The notes: generated from the letters alone by a model not told the origin. Positions 21,463-33,101 are shown, counted from the stretch's first letter. The stretch is 64,000 bases of DNA from Synechococcus sp. (GCA_047284725.1 JBJBEO010000001.1:1912203-1976202); one strand, 5' to 3'. Made by a program: numbers and translations.

Positions 21463-21861
21463 ATGGTCCTGCCGACACCGATGCGTCTGCGGGGCCATCG
21501 TTGCTTTGATCACCTGCATCGAAACGGTCGCCGCCATCACGGCACGCACATGGTGTTGCGCCTCGCCAAGGCTCGAGAGTCTCTGCTCAAGCTGCCTTCA
21601 TCGCAATTGGATAAGCATCAGCCTGAATCACGCCGATGTCGTTGCGCCGTTGTGATCAGTGGGAAGGTCAGCAAACGCTCGGTTGTTCGCAATCGCCTAC
21701 GTCGGCAGTTGCACGCGCATTTGAGAATGCGTCTGGGGGAGCGATCGTGCCTCGCCTGTCACTGGCTTCTGCTCAGCCTCAAACCCGGTGCAGCCGAAGA
21801 CTCAACGCTTTTGCTGGAAGAATGCGACAGATTGCTTCAGGACGCGGGATTATTGCCATGA
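21463..21861 (+). CDS. rnpA: Ribonuclease P protein component
   Basis: RNR motif KVSKRSVVRNRLRR; position in the rpmH operon. Confidence 0.93.
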   Translation: MVLPTPMRLRGHRCFDHLHRNGRRHHGTHMVLRLAKARESLLKLPSSQLDKHQPESRRCRCAVVISGKVSKRSVVRNRLRRQLHAHLRMRLGERSCLACHWLLLSLKPGAAEDSTLLLEECDRLLQDAGLLP

Positions 21862-22268
21862 CCACCACCATTCAAGAAGACACCTTCTACGAGGGTGGGC
21901 CTGCCAAGGGAGATCTGATTTTCAATCTTCTGCTCGGTCTTACGCTGATCGGCATCCCCTTTGCGGTGGGTGCGATCGTGCGAGCCCTCTGGCTGCGCTT
22001 CAAGATCACCAGTCGTCGCATTTCCGTCAGCGGTGGCTGGTTGGGAAGAGATCGCAGTCAGGTGGTGTTCAGCCAGCTTCGGGAGGTGCGCTGCGTCCCC
22101 CGGGGTTTCGGAGCCTGGGGAGACATGGTGCTCGTGCTCAGTGATGGCTCGCGCCTTGAGATGCGATCGGTGCCGAATTTCAGGGAGGTCGAGACCTACA
22201 TTCTCGAACGAATTAAACTGCGACCCGCTTCGAGCCAAGACGCCGACAGCAAGGGCTTTGCTGCCTAA
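21858..22268 (+). CDS. Bacterial PH-domain membrane protein
   Basis: ATGA overlap with rnpA, N-terminal TM segment, usual cyanobacterial position between rnpA and yidC. Confidence 0.8.
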   Translation: MTTTIQEDTFYEGGPAKGDLIFNLLLGLTLIGIPFAVGAIVRALWLRFKITSRRISVSGGWLGRDRSQVVFSQLREVRCVPRGFGAWGDMVLVLSDGSRLEMRSVPNFREVETYILERIKLRPASSQDADSKGFAA

Positions 22269-22331
22269 TCACTGCCCCACCAGCCGATGCGAACCGGCTG
22301 GTTTATCTGACCCTTCTTCAGGACCTCCACT

Positions 22332-23480
22332 GTGATCGGATACATCTCCGACAACCTGCTGATCCCAATCCTCGACTTCTTCTATGGACTGGTGCCGAGC
22401 TATGGACTGGCGATCGTGGCCCTCACGGTTGTCATTCGATTGGCATTGTTCCCTCTGAGTGCGGGTTCGATCCGAAGCGCCCGCAGGATGCGCATCGCCC
22501 AGCCGGTGATGCAGAAACGGCAAGCGGAGATCAAATCTCGGTATGCCAACAACCCTCAGAAGCAACAGGAGGAGATCCAGAAGCTGATGAAGGAATTCGG
22601 CAGCCCTCTGGCGGGCTGTCTGCCCTTGCTGGTGCAGATGCCGATTCTTTTTGCACTCTTCGCCACCCTCAGGGGTTCACCCTTCGCGGATGTTCCCTAC
22701 ACCCTCAATTTGAAGGTGTTGCCCGCTGATCAGATTGCCGCCGTTGAACCGAAACCGTTTACCAGCGCCAGCCATTCGATCTTCGTGACCGAGACCGATC
22801 ACGTTCCAGTGATTGCCGGCCTGCCGGGCGGCACCAAGCTCGGCGCCGGGGAGAGCAGTAAGATTCAACTCCAGACCAAGACAGGCGAAGCGTTCAGCGA
22901 CGTTCTCAATGGTGTTGAGAACGGACAAAGCTTTCTTCCTTCCTGGACGGTGACGAAGGGCGAAGGTGTGGTTTCAGTCTCGGACGATGGCACCATCACC
23001 GCCATGAGCCCGGGCGATGCCACTGTTGAAGGCAAGATCCCTGGGATTGCTGCCCGCAGCGGTTTCCTGTTCATCAAAGCCCTGGGCCAGGTGGGTTTCT
23101 ACACCGAGGGCACGATCAATTGGGATATCGCCATCCTTGTGGGCGCCTTTGGCCTGAGCCTGCTGGCTTCGCAGCTGCTCTCCGGCATGGGCATGCCTGC
23201 CAATCCCCAGCAGGCCACAGCCAACAAGATCACCCCCGTGATGATCACGGGCATGTTCCTGTTCTTCCCCCTTCCAGCTGGGGTGCTGCTCTACATGGTG
23301 ATCGCCAACATCTTCCAGGCAGGTCAGACATTCCTGCTCACGCGTGAAGCCTTGCCCGACAACCTGCAGGCAATTCTCAATGATCAGATGAAACAGCAGA
23401 ATGCTGCAGCAGCAACTGCCAGTGCAGCCGGTCAGGGTGGATCAAGGCTGCCTTTCGAACCCCGCGGCGGCAGCAAATGA
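22332..23480 (+). CDS. yidC: Membrane protein insertase YidC/Alb3
   Basis: Motifs [19 protein letters not shown] and PAGVLLY. Confidence 0.95.
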   Translation: MIGYISDNLLIPILDFFYGLVPSYGLAIVALTVVIRLALFPLSAGSIRSARRMRIAQPVMQKRQAEIKSRYANNPQKQQEEIQKLMKEFGSPLAGCLPLLVQMPILFALFATLRGSPFADVPYTLNLKVLPADQIAAVEPKPFTSASHSIFVTETDHVPVIAGLPGGTKLGAGESSKIQLQTKTGEAFSDVLNGVENGQSFLPSWTVTKGEGVVSVSDDGTITAMSPGDATVEGKIPGIAARSGFLFIKALGQVGFYTEGTINWDIAILVGAFGLSLLASQLLSGMGMPANPQQATANKITPVMITGMFLFFPLPAGVLLYMVIANIFQAGQTFLLTREALPDNLQAILNDQMKQQNAAAATASAAGQGGSRLPFEPRGGSK

Positions 23481-24046
23481 TTCCTGGGCTGGAGCCCATC
23501 CCTCTGCGGGATCTACAGGCCCTGGCATCCGTCAGGGCCTGGCCTGTTGAAGGCCACCTGGATGAACTTCCCTCCCTCACTCCAGTGAGAGGCGAAGTAC
23601 GGGCTGAACATCGCGGCAACCTGCTCGAAGTGAGCGGGCGGCTCGAGACCATTGTCAGCCTCTGCTGCGACCGTTGCCTCGGCCAATTCAATCAACAGTT
23701 GAACGTGAACACCGAGGAGCTGATCTGGCTCGGTGATGACCACTCAGCTGACTCCCTCAGTGCAGCAGGTCTCGACCATGACAGTCCCGATGGTCTGATC
23801 GAAAGCCTTGACCCGCGGGGCAGCTTCGAACCGGAACGGTGGGTGTTTGAGCATCTGAGCTTGCAATTGTCTGTGGTGAATCGATGCGGTGGGGAGTGCC
23901 CTGGCCCGCCAAGGTTCAACCAAGCGAAAAAAGCCGAGCCAACCAGCAACACAAACACCTCCGTTGACCCCCGCTGGCAGGCCCTGCTTCAACTGCAAGA
24001 GCCAGAGCAGGCGAAACCTCAGCACGAGAAGAACGGCCATGCTTGA
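23477..24046 (+). CDS. YceD/DUF177 family protein
   Basis: CDRCL, C-x3-CPG and C-terminal DPRW motifs. Confidence 0.85.
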   Translation: MIPGLEPIPLRDLQALASVRAWPVEGHLDELPSLTPVRGEVRAEHRGNLLEVSGRLETIVSLCCDRCLGQFNQQLNVNTEELIWLGDDHSADSLSAAGLDHDSPDGLIESLDPRGSFEPERWVFEHLSLQLSVVNRCGGECPGPPRFNQAKKAEPTSNTNTSVDPRWQALLQLQEPEQAKPQHEKNGHA

Positions 24047-25520
24047 GCACTGGAGCGACCAGCTCGATCTGCTGATCCGAGCCGGCACACCCCTGATCTG
24101 GATCCGCAGCCCTGAAGAAGAAAGGGTGGAGACCCTGCTGCAACAGGCCGTGACACGGCTCGGGAATCGACGCCTCGCCACCTGGAACTTCATCGACGGG
24201 CTGGACGGTGTGCTCAATCACGACGGCCTGGGTGCCCGCCAACCCATGGCCATCCTTCAGTGGCTGCAGCAGCTGGAGGCCAGCCAACCAACGCTGCTTC
24301 TGCTCAAAGACTTTCACCGCTTTTGCGATGACCCCGGTGTGGCAAGGATGCTGCGCAATCTCAACAACCGACTGAGGGAACTGCCACACACCTTGGTGCT
24401 CTGCACCGGCAGCTGGTCCCCACCGCTCGATCTGGAGGAATCACTCACCCTGCTCGACCTCCCCCTGCCACGGGAAGAGGAGATCCATGCCCTTTTGGAG
24501 GCGATCGCCAAAGCCAGCGGCACCCCCCTCGAACGGGACGTGTTGGAAGAGCTCACCCATGCCTGCAGCGGCCTGAGCGAAGCCAAGGTTCGCCATGTGG
24601 CCGCCCGGGCCCTCGCCCAACGGGGGGCCCTGAGCAGGGATGACCTGGCCGATGTTCTGGAGGAAAAGCGCCGGTCCCTCGCCCGCAGTGAAGTGCTGGA
24701 GTATTGCCACACCGACGCAGACCCTGCAGACATCGGAGGGCTGGACGCCCTGAAGCACTGGCTGAACCAGCGGCACCAGGCCTTCTCTGATGAAGCGCGC
24801 AACTTCGGCCTGCCCTTGCCGCGCGGCGTGCTGCTGGTGGGCCCTCAGGGCACCGGCAAATCGCTCACCGCCAGAGCCGTGGCCCACAGCTGGTCAATGC
24901 CGCTGTTGCGCCTGGATGTCGGCCGGTTGTTTGCAGGCCTTGTGGGCGCCAGCGAGGCCCGAACCCGGGAAACCATCCAACGGGCGGAAGCGATGGCCCC
25001 CTGCGTGCTGTGGATCGACGAAATCGACAAGGGATTCGGTGGCGATGCCCGCAGCGATGGCGGCACCAGCCAACGGGTGCTGGCCACCGTGCTCACGTGG
25101 ATGGCGGAGAAGCGTTCAGCGGTGTTTGTAGTGGCAACGGCCAATGCCGTTGACCGGCTGCCGGCGGAACTCCTGCGCAAAGGACGCTTTGATGAAATTT
25201 TTCTGCTCGATCTGCCTGCGGCTGCGGAACGAGAAAGCATTCTTGGCGTCCATGTCGCCCGTCGACGCCCAGGCCTGCAGCTACCGCTGAACACCGTGGT
25301 GGGCCGAACAGAGGGCTACTCAGGGGCCGAACTGGAGCAAACGGTGATTGAGGCGATGCATCTGGCCTTCGCGGAGCGTCGAGAGCTGAGTGAAGGCGAT
25401 CTGATCAAAGCTGCTGGCCAGCTTGTTCCCCTCTCTCGCACTGCAAAGGAACAACTGGAGTCGCTCAAGCAGTGGGCCAGCAGCGGGCGCGCCAGGGCTG
25501 CCAGCAGCACGAAGGCGTGA
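24039..25520 (+). CDS. ycf46: AAA+ ATPase, Ycf46 family
   Basis: Walker A GPQGTGKS, Walker B WIDEIDK, and RKGRFDEIF. Confidence 0.85.
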   Translation: MLEHWSDQLDLLIRAGTPLIWIRSPEEERVETLLQQAVTRLGNRRLATWNFIDGLDGVLNHDGLGARQPMAILQWLQQLEASQPTLLLLKDFHRFCDDPGVARMLRNLNNRLRELPHTLVLCTGSWSPPLDLEESLTLLDLPLPREEEIHALLEAIAKASGTPLERDVLEELTHACSGLSEAKVRHVAARALAQRGALSRDDLADVLEEKRRSLARSEVLEYCHTDADPADIGGLDALKHWLNQRHQAFSDEARNFGLPLPRGVLLVGPQGTGKSLTARAVAHSWSMPLLRLDVGRLFAGLVGASEARTRETIQRAEAMAPCVLWIDEIDKGFGGDARSDGGTSQRVLATVLTWMAEKRSAVFVVATANAVDRLPAELLRKGRFDEIFLLDLPAAAERESILGVHVARRRPGLQLPLNTVVGRTEGYSGAELEQTVIEAMHLAFAERRELSEGDLIKAAGQLVPLSRTAKEQLESLKQWASSGRARAASSTKA

Positions 25521-25634
25521 CGCAGCCGCATGACGCCAGATGAAGAAGCCTGAAGCGAGGTAACGACCTCATTTCAGATTCCGGAGAATCCCTTCCAAGC
25601 TCCGTAACTTCGCCACAGAACTGCAAAGTGTGGC

Positions 25635-25796
25635 GTGAACCGATCCAACGATCTCACCAGCCAATTGGCCGTCGCCTGCCTCGGCGCGGGTGTGATCACC
25701 ACCTTGGCGGTCGCCCAGGGGCAAAATCCCCTCACCGCCCTCGGCATCACCATTTTTTCAGCGGTGGCTGCGGTGATGGTGGGCCAGGTGCTCTGA
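25635..25796 (+). CDS. Small two-helix membrane protein, 53 aa (not in ORF track)
   Basis: GTG-start ORF (M)NRSNDLTSQLAVACLGAGVITTLAVAQGQNPLTALGITIFSAVAAVMVGQVL with host-like codon usage, filling the gap before serS. Confidence 0.7.
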   Translation: MNRSNDLTSQLAVACLGAGVITTLAVAQGQNPLTALGITIFSAVAAVMVGQVL

Positions 25797-25837
25797 AGCC
25801 CAGCGCCTAGGCTGCCCGCGCCGCGATTCAAACTCCC

Positions 25838-27115
25838 GTGCTTGATCAGCGCCTGGTGCGTGACAACCCCGAACTGATGGCCCGCGAGCTGGGCCGTCGC
25901 GGACTCGATGTCAACCTCAGTGGCCTTCAGCTGATCGCCAAACAGCAGCGTGATCTGGAGGAACAACGCAGTGCCCTCCAGGCGGAAGGTAATCGCGTTG
26001 GCAAAGAGGTCGGCCAAATGATCAAGGCCGGAGCTGATCCCAAGGGCAGTGAGGTGGCCGAGCTGCGTCAGAAGGGCAACCAGATCAAGCAGCAGGTGGC
26101 CGTGCTGGAGGGCGAAGAGAAACAGCTTTCCAGTCGTCTCCGCGAACAACTTCTCAGTTTTCCCAACCTTCCTTCGGCCCAGTGCCCTGATGGGCGCAGT
26201 GAAGAGGACAACAAAGAAGTGAAGCGCTGGGGGGAACCCCGCCAGGAGGAGGGCCTGCAAGAGCACTGGCAGATTGCCGACCGTCTTGGCCTGCTCGACA
26301 CCGAACGGTCGGTGCGCATCGCCCAGAGCCGCTTTGTAACGCTGTTGGGCCAGGGGGCCCGGCTCGAGCGCGCGCTGATCAACTTCATGCTCGATCTGCA
26401 CACGAGCAAGGGGTATCGGGAAGTGATGCCACCCGTGCTGGTCAACAGCGCCAGCCTGCAGGGGTCGGGACAGCTGCCGAAATTCGCCGAAGAAAGCTTC
26501 CGCTGCGCCGAAGACGATCTCTGGCTCACCCCCACTTCAGAGGTGCCCGTCACGTCGCTGCATCGCGACGAGATCATCCCCGCCGACCAGCTTCCTGTGC
26601 GATACGTGGCCTACAGCCCCTGTTTCCGGCGCGAAGCAGGCAGTTACGGACGGGACACGCGAGGCCTGATCCGCCTGCATCAATTCAACAAAGTGGAGCT
26701 CTATTGGTTCGCCCACCCCGACCAATCCGAAGAAGCCCACGCCCAGATCACCAGCGATGCCGAAGCGGTCCTGCAGGCCCTGGATCTTCCCTATCGGGTA
26801 CTGGATCTCTGCACCGGCGACATCGGATTCTCCGCCAGGCGCACGTATGACCTCGAGGTCTGGCTGGCCGGTGCAGGGACGTATCGCGAAATCTCCAGCT
26901 GCAGCGTCTGCGGCGACTTCCAAGCCCGTCGTTCCTCCATTCGCACCAAGGAAGGCAAGAACACCCGCCTGGTGCACACCCTCAACGGCAGTGGCCTAGC
27001 GATCGGACGAACCATGGCAGCCCTGCTTGAAAACGGTCAGCAACCGGATGGAAGCGTGCTGTTGCCGAAGGCTCTCGTGCCTTACTTCGGCTCCGACCGT
27101 CTCCAGCCAGAATGA
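25838..27115 (+). CDS. serS: Serine--tRNA ligase
   Basis: Motifs PTSE, FRREAG...RLHQF, EISSCS and HTLNGSGLA. Confidence 0.97.
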   Translation: MLDQRLVRDNPELMARELGRRGLDVNLSGLQLIAKQQRDLEEQRSALQAEGNRVGKEVGQMIKAGADPKGSEVAELRQKGNQIKQQVAVLEGEEKQLSSRLREQLLSFPNLPSAQCPDGRSEEDNKEVKRWGEPRQEEGLQEHWQIADRLGLLDTERSVRIAQSRFVTLLGQGARLERALINFMLDLHTSKGYREVMPPVLVNSASLQGSGQLPKFAEESFRCAEDDLWLTPTSEVPVTSLHRDEIIPADQLPVRYVAYSPCFRREAGSYGRDTRGLIRLHQFNKVELYWFAHPDQSEEAHAQITSDAEAVLQALDLPYRVLDLCTGDIGFSARRTYDLEVWLAGAGTYREISSCSVCGDFQARRSSIRTKEGKNTRLVHTLNGSGLAIGRTMAALLENGQQPDGSVLLPKALVPYFGSDRLQPE

Positions 27116-27134
27116 CCATCCTCATCTCGATCGC

Positions 27135-28232
27135 GTGAACGTTCTTGCAGCACTGCTGGCCTTGGGGCTCTTGGTGGTGATCCACGAGGCAGGCCATTTC
27201 CTGGCGGCAGTGGGGCAAGGCATCCGGGTGAACGGATTCTCAGTGGGCTTCGGCCCGGCTCTGATCAAACGAGAGCACAAAGGGGTCACCTATGCCCTGC
27301 GTCTTCTCCCTCTGGGTGGGTTTGTGTCGTTCCCTGATGACGACGAAGACAGCACGATCCCCGACGATGATCCCGATCTGCTGCGCAACAGGCCGATCCC
27401 TCAGCGGATTCTTGTGATCAGTGCGGGGGTGATCGCCAATTTGCTGCTGGCCTGGGTGGTGCTGGTGGGACAGTCCGCCGTGATGGGAATTCCTGCAGGA
27501 GCGCAGCCGGGCGTGATGGTGATCTCCGTGCGACCAGGCGAAGCAGCGGCCCAGTCAGGCCTCAAAGCGGGAGATCGCATCGTCAGCCTGAACGGAATCA
27601 CCCTGGGGGAAGGTCAGAAGGCTGTCGCAAGCCTGGTGCAACAGATTCAGGCGTCTCCAGATAAATCCATGACCCTGGTGAGCGAAACAGGGCGCGGCGA
27701 CAGCACCGTGATCGACCGCCAGTTAATCCTCACCCCCACCGATCGCGACGGATTGGGACGCATCGGCGCCCAGCTCCAGGCCAACCTCGGCACCACACTG
27801 CGTCGCAGCACCAACCCTCTGGAGCCCCTGAGCTATGGCACAAGTCAAGTGGCCGGACTGGTGCACAACACCGTGATGGGGTACGGGGGGCTGATCACCA
27901 ACTTTGGCCAGACGGCCCAACAGGTGAGCGGACCGGTGAAGATCGTGGAAATGGGTGCCCAGTTGAGCAGTCAGGGTGGAGGCGGCCTGGTGCTCTTCAC
28001 GGCTCTGATTTCCGTCAACCTGGCTGTGCTGAACGCCCTTCCCCTCCCCCTGCTCGATGGAGGCCAGCTGGTGTTGCTGCTCCTGGAGGCGGCACGCGGT
28101 CGTCCGCTGCCGGAACGCTTCCAACTCGCCGTGATGCAGTCGGGCCTGCTGCTGCTGCTCGGCCTCAGCGTTGTGCTGATCGTGCGTGACACCAGTCAAC
28201 TACCAGTGATCCAGCAACTCACCGGCCACTGA
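27135..28232 (+). CDS. rseP: RIP metalloprotease RseP
   Basis: HEAGH, a PDZ domain and NALPLPLLDGG. GTG start at 27135. Confidence 0.92.
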   Translation: MNVLAALLALGLLVVIHEAGHFLAAVGQGIRVNGFSVGFGPALIKREHKGVTYALRLLPLGGFVSFPDDDEDSTIPDDDPDLLRNRPIPQRILVISAGVIANLLLAWVVLVGQSAVMGIPAGAQPGVMVISVRPGEAAAQSGLKAGDRIVSLNGITLGEGQKAVASLVQQIQASPDKSMTLVSETGRGDSTVIDRQLILTPTDRDGLGRIGAQLQANLGTTLRRSTNPLEPLSYGTSQVAGLVHNTVMGYGGLITNFGQTAQQVSGPVKIVEMGAQLSSQGGGGLVLFTALISVNLAVLNALPLPLLDGGQLVLLLLEAARGRPLPERFQLAVMQSGLLLLLGLSVVLIVRDTSQLPVIQQLTGH

Positions 28233-28292
28233 TTTAGTCCGGCCTGCCACCAGGTATTGTGGTGGATTAGTCCGCATAGAACGACCGCCTGT

Positions 28293-28595
28293 ATGGCCAA
28301 GAAGTCGATGATCGCCCGCGATGTGAAGCGGAAGAAAATGGTTGAGCGCTATGCGGCTAAACGTGCTGCCCTGATGGATGCTTTCCACGCTTCCAAAGAC
28401 CCCATGGAGCGCCTGGAAATTCACCGCAAGATCCAGGGACTGCCCCGCAACAGCGCTCCCAACCGCATCCGCAACCGTTGCTGGGCCACCGGCAAGCCCC
28501 GTGGTGTCTATCGCGATTTCGGTCTGTGCCGTAACCAACTGCGTGAGCGCGCCCACAAAGGCGAACTCCCCGGCGTGGTGAAATCGAGCTGGTGA
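28293..28595 (+). CDS. rpsN: 30S ribosomal protein S14
   Basis: MAKKSMIAR...[12 protein letters not shown]...LPGVVKSSW. Confidence 0.97.
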   Translation: MAKKSMIARDVKRKKMVERYAAKRAALMDAFHASKDPMERLEIHRKIQGLPRNSAPNRIRNRCWATGKPRGVYRDFGLCRNQLRERAHKGELPGVVKSSW

Positions 28596-28654
28596 GTCGT
28601 GCTCGGGCTGCCGGCATGACATCCAGGCTGCCCAGGCTTCACATCTCAATTCCA

Positions 28655-28683
28655 GGGGATGGTTCATCACCATCCCCTTTTTT
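28655..28683 (+). terminator. Intrinsic terminator after rpsN
   Basis: GGGGATGGT-tcatc-ACCATCCCC followed by T6. Confidence 0.8.
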
Positions 28684-28753
28684 ATTGCCGGACACTCGCC
28701 AACTGTTCCGATCAAGTGCGAGACTGGTGGTTGACAGAAAGACATAAGCGCAC

Positions 28754-30919
28754 GTGCAAGGTCAGACACAGTCGATCTCCTTCGATGGTCGGGAGATCCG
28801 GCTGACCACTGGGCGATACGCCCCCCAGGCCGGCGGCTCGGTGATGATCGAATGCGGTGACACATCCGTTCTGGTCACTGCCACCCGTTCCACAGGTCGC
28901 GAAGGGATTGACTTCCTCCCCCTCATTTGCGATTACGAAGAGCGCCTCTATGCGGCCGGCCGCATTCCCGGCAGCTTCATGCGCCGCGAGAGCCGTCCCC
29001 CTGAACGAGCCACGCTGATCGCTCGACTGATCGACCGGCCGATGCGGCCCCTCTTCCCAAGCTGGCTTCGCGACGACCTCCAGATTGTTGCCACCTGCAT
29101 GTCACTCGATGAGCGGGTTCCGGCTGATGTTCTTGCTGTGACCGGTGCATCACTGTCCACACTTTTGGCAGGGATTCCTTTCAACGGTCCGATGGCGGCT
29201 GTGCGGGTTGGCCTGCTGGGCGACGACTTCGTGCTCAATCCCAGCTACCGCGAAATCGAGCGTGGTGATCTCGACCTGGTGGTCGCAGGGACACCCGAAG
29301 GTGTGGTGATGGTGGAAGCCGGTGCCAACCAACTTCCCGAGCAGGATGTGATCGAAGCGATCGACTTCGGGTACGAAGCAGTCTGCGAACTGATCAAAGC
29401 CCAACAGTCCATCCTCAAGGAAGCAGGCATTGAACAGGTGATTCCGGCGGCTCCCGAACAAGACGCCACCCTGCCCACCTACCTGGAGAAAAACTGCAGC
29501 AAAGCCATTGGCGAAGTTCTAAAACAGTTCGACCAAACCAAAGGCGAACGCGACGACAAACTCGACGCGATTCGCCATGGCACCGCTGAAACCATTGCCG
29601 GACTCAAAGAGGACGATCCCGTTCGGGTTGCCGTCTCCAGCAACGGCAAGGCGCTGCCCACCAGCTTCAAGGCCCTCACCAAGAAGCTGATGCGTCAGCA
29701 GATCCTCAAAGACGGCAAGCGCGTCGATGGTCGCGCCCTCGATGAAGTGAGAACGATCAGCGCAGCGGCCGGAGTCCTGCCGAAGCGCGTGCATGGTTCT
29801 GGCCTTTTCCAGCGCGGTCTCACCCAGGTGCTCTCCACAGCCACCCTGGGCACCCCCAGTGATGCCCAGGAGATGGACGATCTCAACCCCAACACTGAAA
29901 AAACCTACCTCCACCACTACAACTTCCCGCCCTACTCCGTTGGCGAAACCCGACCGATGCGTTCACCAGGACGCCGGGAGATTGGCCACGGCGCCCTGGC
30001 CGAGCGCGCCATCGTTCCCGTACTCCCCGCCAAAGACACCTTCCCCTATGTGGTGCGTGTGGTGAGCGAAGTGCTGAGCTCCAACGGCTCCACTTCCATG
30101 GGCTCCGTCTGCGGCAGCACCCTGGCGTTGATGGATGCCGGCGTGCCCCTCAAGTCACCCGTGAGTGGTGCCGCGATGGGACTGATCAAGGAAGGAGATG
30201 AAGTGCGCATCCTCACGGACATTCAGGGCATCGAGGATTTCCTCGGTGACATGGACTTCAAGGTGGCCGGCACCGACAAGGGCATCACGGCTCTGCAGAT
30301 GGATATGAAGATCACCGGCTTGCCGGTGAACACCGTGGCCGATGCCGTGAATCAAGCCCGTCCGGCCCGTCTTCACATTCTCGAGAAGATGATGGAGGCG
30401 ATTGACTCCCCCCGTCAGGGCCTCTCACCCCATGCGCCGCGCCTGCTGAGCTTCCGAATTGATCCGGAATTGATCGGCACTGTGATCGGTCCCGGTGGCC
30501 GCACCATCAAAGGCATCACCGAGCGCACCAACACCAAGATCGATATCGAAGACAGCGGCATTGTCACCATCGCTTCTCACGATGGTGCTGCCGCGGAAGA
30601 AGCACAGCGCATCATTGAGGGGCTGACACGCAAGGTGCACGAAGGTGAGGTGTTCACCGGTTCGATCACCAGGATCATTCCCATCGGCGCCTTTGTGGAG
30701 ATTCTTCCTGGCAAGGAAGGCATGATCCACATCTCTCAGCTCTCCGAAGCGCGGGTGGAGAAAGTGGAAGACGTGGTGAAGGTGGGCGACGAAGTGACCG
30801 TGCGCGTTCGCGAGATCGACAACCGCGGGCGCATCAATCTCACCCTGCGCGGCGTGCCTCAGAACGGCGAAGAAGCAGTTCCAGAGCCTGCACCAACCCC
30901 AGTGGCTCCGCTCACCTGA
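28754..30919 (+). CDS. pnp: Polyribonucleotide nucleotidyltransferase
   Basis: Motifs [16 protein letters not shown] and [14 protein letters not shown] and S1 domains. Confidence 0.97.
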   Translation: MQGQTQSISFDGREIRLTTGRYAPQAGGSVMIECGDTSVLVTATRSTGREGIDFLPLICDYEERLYAAGRIPGSFMRRESRPPERATLIARLIDRPMRPLFPSWLRDDLQIVATCMSLDERVPADVLAVTGASLSTLLAGIPFNGPMAAVRVGLLGDDFVLNPSYREIERGDLDLVVAGTPEGVVMVEAGANQLPEQDVIEAIDFGYEAVCELIKAQQSILKEAGIEQVIPAAPEQDATLPTYLEKNCSKAIGEVLKQFDQTKGERDDKLDAIRHGTAETIAGLKEDDPVRVAVSSNGKALPTSFKALTKKLMRQQILKDGKRVDGRALDEVRTISAAAGVLPKRVHGSGLFQRGLTQVLSTATLGTPSDAQEMDDLNPNTEKTYLHHYNFPPYSVGETRPMRSPGRREIGHGALAERAIVPVLPAKDTFPYVVRVVSEVLSSNGSTSMGSVCGSTLALMDAGVPLKSPVSGAAMGLIKEGDEVRILTDIQGIEDFLGDMDFKVAGTDKGITALQMDMKITGLPVNTVADAVNQARPARLHILEKMMEAIDSPRQGLSPHAPRLLSFRIDPELIGTVIGPGGRTIKGITERTNTKIDIEDSGIVTIASHDGAAAEEAQRIIEGLTRKVHEGEVFTGSITRIIPIGAFVEILPGKEGMIHISQLSEARVEKVEDVVKVGDEVTVRVREIDNRGRINLTLRGVPQNGEEAVPEPAPTPVAPLT

Positions 30920-30940
30920 TGCAATCGTTTGCCTTCGTTC

Positions 30941-30969
30941 CCCCACCAACCAGCGTTGGTGGGGTTTTT
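30941..30969 (+). terminator. Intrinsic terminator after pnp
   Basis: CCCCACCAAC-cagc-GTTGGTGGGG followed by T5. Confidence 0.85.
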
Positions 30970-31031
30970 GATGGCTTCTGAGACTGCAGACAGCAACAAT
31001 TGAGTGGAGCACAACCCCTCAAGCCGCCAAT

Positions 31032-31949
31032 TCACACCTGAAAACCGGGATCAATGGAGGCCATCGCCTTAGCCGACTGGGCGCAGAGTTCAGCATGGGT
31101 CTTCCCATGGCTCGCGATCAGGCAACCGGCCTGACGCACATCACCGGTGTTGTAGCGAAGGGGTTGGCCATCAGCGTGGGTAAAGGCACCACCCGCAGCG
31201 AGCAGCACCGCCTCGGGAGCCGCCATATCCCAATCCTTGGGTGCACTCTTGCCGGAGAGCGACACATACAGATCCGTCTCTCCACGAAGGATGGTGGCCA
31301 CCTTGCAACCGACGCTTCCCACAGCTTTGGAGCCTCCCAGATTGAGGGCGTCGATCAACTGCTCAAGACGAGCATCCCTGTGACTGCGGCTTGCCACCAA
31401 AGTGAGATCAGAGAGGACCGCGCGATTGCTAAAACGCACCTCCGAACGCCTGGCCTGACGGTCTTCACACCAGGTACCGTCGCCAACCACTCCAAACCAG
31501 AGTTCCTCGGCTTCCGGCAGCAACACCACACCGAGCACAGGCCGCTCTCCCCGCACCAGGGCCAGGTGCACGGCATACTCACCCGTGCCCTGGAGGAAAT
31601 CCTTGGTGCCGTCCAGGGGATCAAGGATCCACAGCCACTCGGCATCCAATGGCTGCCCCTCGGTGAGCTGCTCTTTGGCAGTTTCTTCACTGAGGAGCGT
31701 CCAGCCAGCTCTGGGGAATGCAGCCTGCAATCCATCCAGCAACCACTGATTCACCGCCAAATCAGCTGCCGACACAGGGCCCTCTCCGCCGTCATCGACA
31801 CTCAACGCCCTGGAGAAACCGTGGGGAGGCTGCTCTCCACGGGCATAGGCCCTCAGAATATCTGCCGCACCCCAGCACAGAGGCCTCAGGGCCGACAGCA
31901 AGCCGACCTGATCGATGCCAGCGGGAAAAGATGGAGCGGTCGGCATCAT
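31032..31949 (-). CDS. cysQ: 3'(2'),5'-bisphosphate nucleotidase (inositol monophosphatase family)
   Basis: Motifs LSEE, WILDPLDGTKDF, ASRSH and WDMAA. Confidence 0.88.
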   Translation of the reverse strand: MMPTAPSFPAGIDQVGLLSALRPLCWGAADILRAYARGEQPPHGFSRALSVDDGGEGPVSAADLAVNQWLLDGLQAAFPRAGWTLLSEETAKEQLTEGQPLDAEWLWILDPLDGTKDFLQGTGEYAVHLALVRGERPVLGVVLLPEAEELWFGVVGDGTWCEDRQARRSEVRFSNRAVLSDLTLVASRSHRDARLEQLIDALNLGGSKAVGSVGCKVATILRGETDLYVSLSGKSAPKDWDMAAPEAVLLAAGGAFTHADGQPLRYNTGDVRQAGCLIASHGKTHAELCAQSAKAMASIDPGFQV

Positions 31950-31972
31950 GGAAAGATCTGGGCTGGGTCATT

Positions 31973-32854
31973 GTGAAGCAGAGCGCAGAGCCGGCACCAG
32001 GGGTTCTCTATCTGGTGGGCACGCCCATCGGCCACCTCGGAGACCTCTCCGATCGGGCCCGGCAGGTGCTGCGCCAAGTGGACGTGATCGCTTGCGAAGA
32101 CACCCGGCACAGCGGACAGATGCTGAGCAGCCTTGGGGCAGTGGGCAAACGACTGAGCTTTCATCAGCACAACACCAGAGGCCGCATTCCCCAGCTGCTG
32201 GAGCTGCTGGAGCAGAGGCTCAGCGTTGCCGTGGTCAGCGATGCCGGGCTACCTGGCATCAGCGACCCAGGCGAAGACCTCGTGGCTGCTGTCCGGGCTG
32301 CCGGACGCGAGGTGATCTGCGTGCCAGGCCCCTGCGCAGCCACCGCAGCCTTGGTGAGCAGCGGCTTGCCGAGCGGCCGCTTCTGTTTTGAAGGGTTCCT
32401 GCCCGTCAAAGGCAAGGAACGCCGGGATCGACTCGCGCTCATCGCCACCGAACGACGCACCACAGTGCTCTACGAGGGCCCGCACCGCTTGCTGCAGCTC
32501 CTGAGCGAACTTGCACATCACTGCGGCTCAGAACGCCCCCTGCAGGTGGCCCGGGAGCTGACCAAACGCCATGAGCAGCAGGTAGGCCCCACCATCGCTG
32601 CTGCCCTGGTGCACTTCGAGGACCACAGACCCCAAGGAGAATTCACCCTTGTGCTGGGAGGAGCCCCGGCACCGATGCATGAGGAGCACGATGACACCTA
32701 CTGGCGCAAGGCGCTGCAGGAGCTGATCGATGCTGGCCTCAGCGCCAACGCCGCCGCCAAACAACTTGCCGCCCGCGGTGTTCGCTCCAAACGGGAGCTA
32801 TACGCCCTCCTTCACAGCGATGAAGGCAACGTTGAAGCGCAACGAGCAGACTGA
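31973..32854 (+). CDS. rsmI: 16S rRNA C1402 2'-O-methyltransferase
   Basis: Motifs LYLVGTPIG, ACEDTR, SDAGLPGISDPG and ARELTK. Confidence 0.93.
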   Translation: MKQSAEPAPGVLYLVGTPIGHLGDLSDRARQVLRQVDVIACEDTRHSGQMLSSLGAVGKRLSFHQHNTRGRIPQLLELLEQRLSVAVVSDAGLPGISDPGEDLVAAVRAAGREVICVPGPCAATAALVSSGLPSGRFCFEGFLPVKGKERRDRLALIATERRTTVLYEGPHRLLQLLSELAHHCGSERPLQVARELTKRHEQQVGPTIAAALVHFEDHRPQGEFTLVLGGAPAPMHEEHDDTYWRKALQELIDAGLSANAAAKQLAARGVRSKRELYALLHSDEGNVEAQRAD

Positions 32855-32873
32855 CATCAGTTCTTCCGGATTG

Positions 32874-33101
32874 ATGCTTCAACGTGTGCGTCTGTTGGTG
32901 CTCAGCTGCGGCAGCGCGGGGTTGCTGTTTGTTGTGCTCTGCCTCGGGGCTCAGAACCTGAACGACCGTCGCAACCTCAATCTTGGTTTTGGCAAAACAG
33001 CGCCGTTACCAACAGGCTTCATCGTGGGAGTCAGCGCCATCCTGGGCGTGCTCAGCGGTGGAGCAGTGGCCGCTGTGCTGCTGCCGCAACAACGGGACTG
33101 A
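32874..33101 (+). CDS. Small membrane protein (LapA-like)
   Basis: Two hydrophobic segments flanking GAQN...LP. Confidence 0.65.
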   Translation: MLQRVRLLVLSCGSAGLLFVVLCLGAQNLNDRRNLNLGFGKTAPLPTGFIVGVSAILGVLSGGAVAAVLLPQQRD

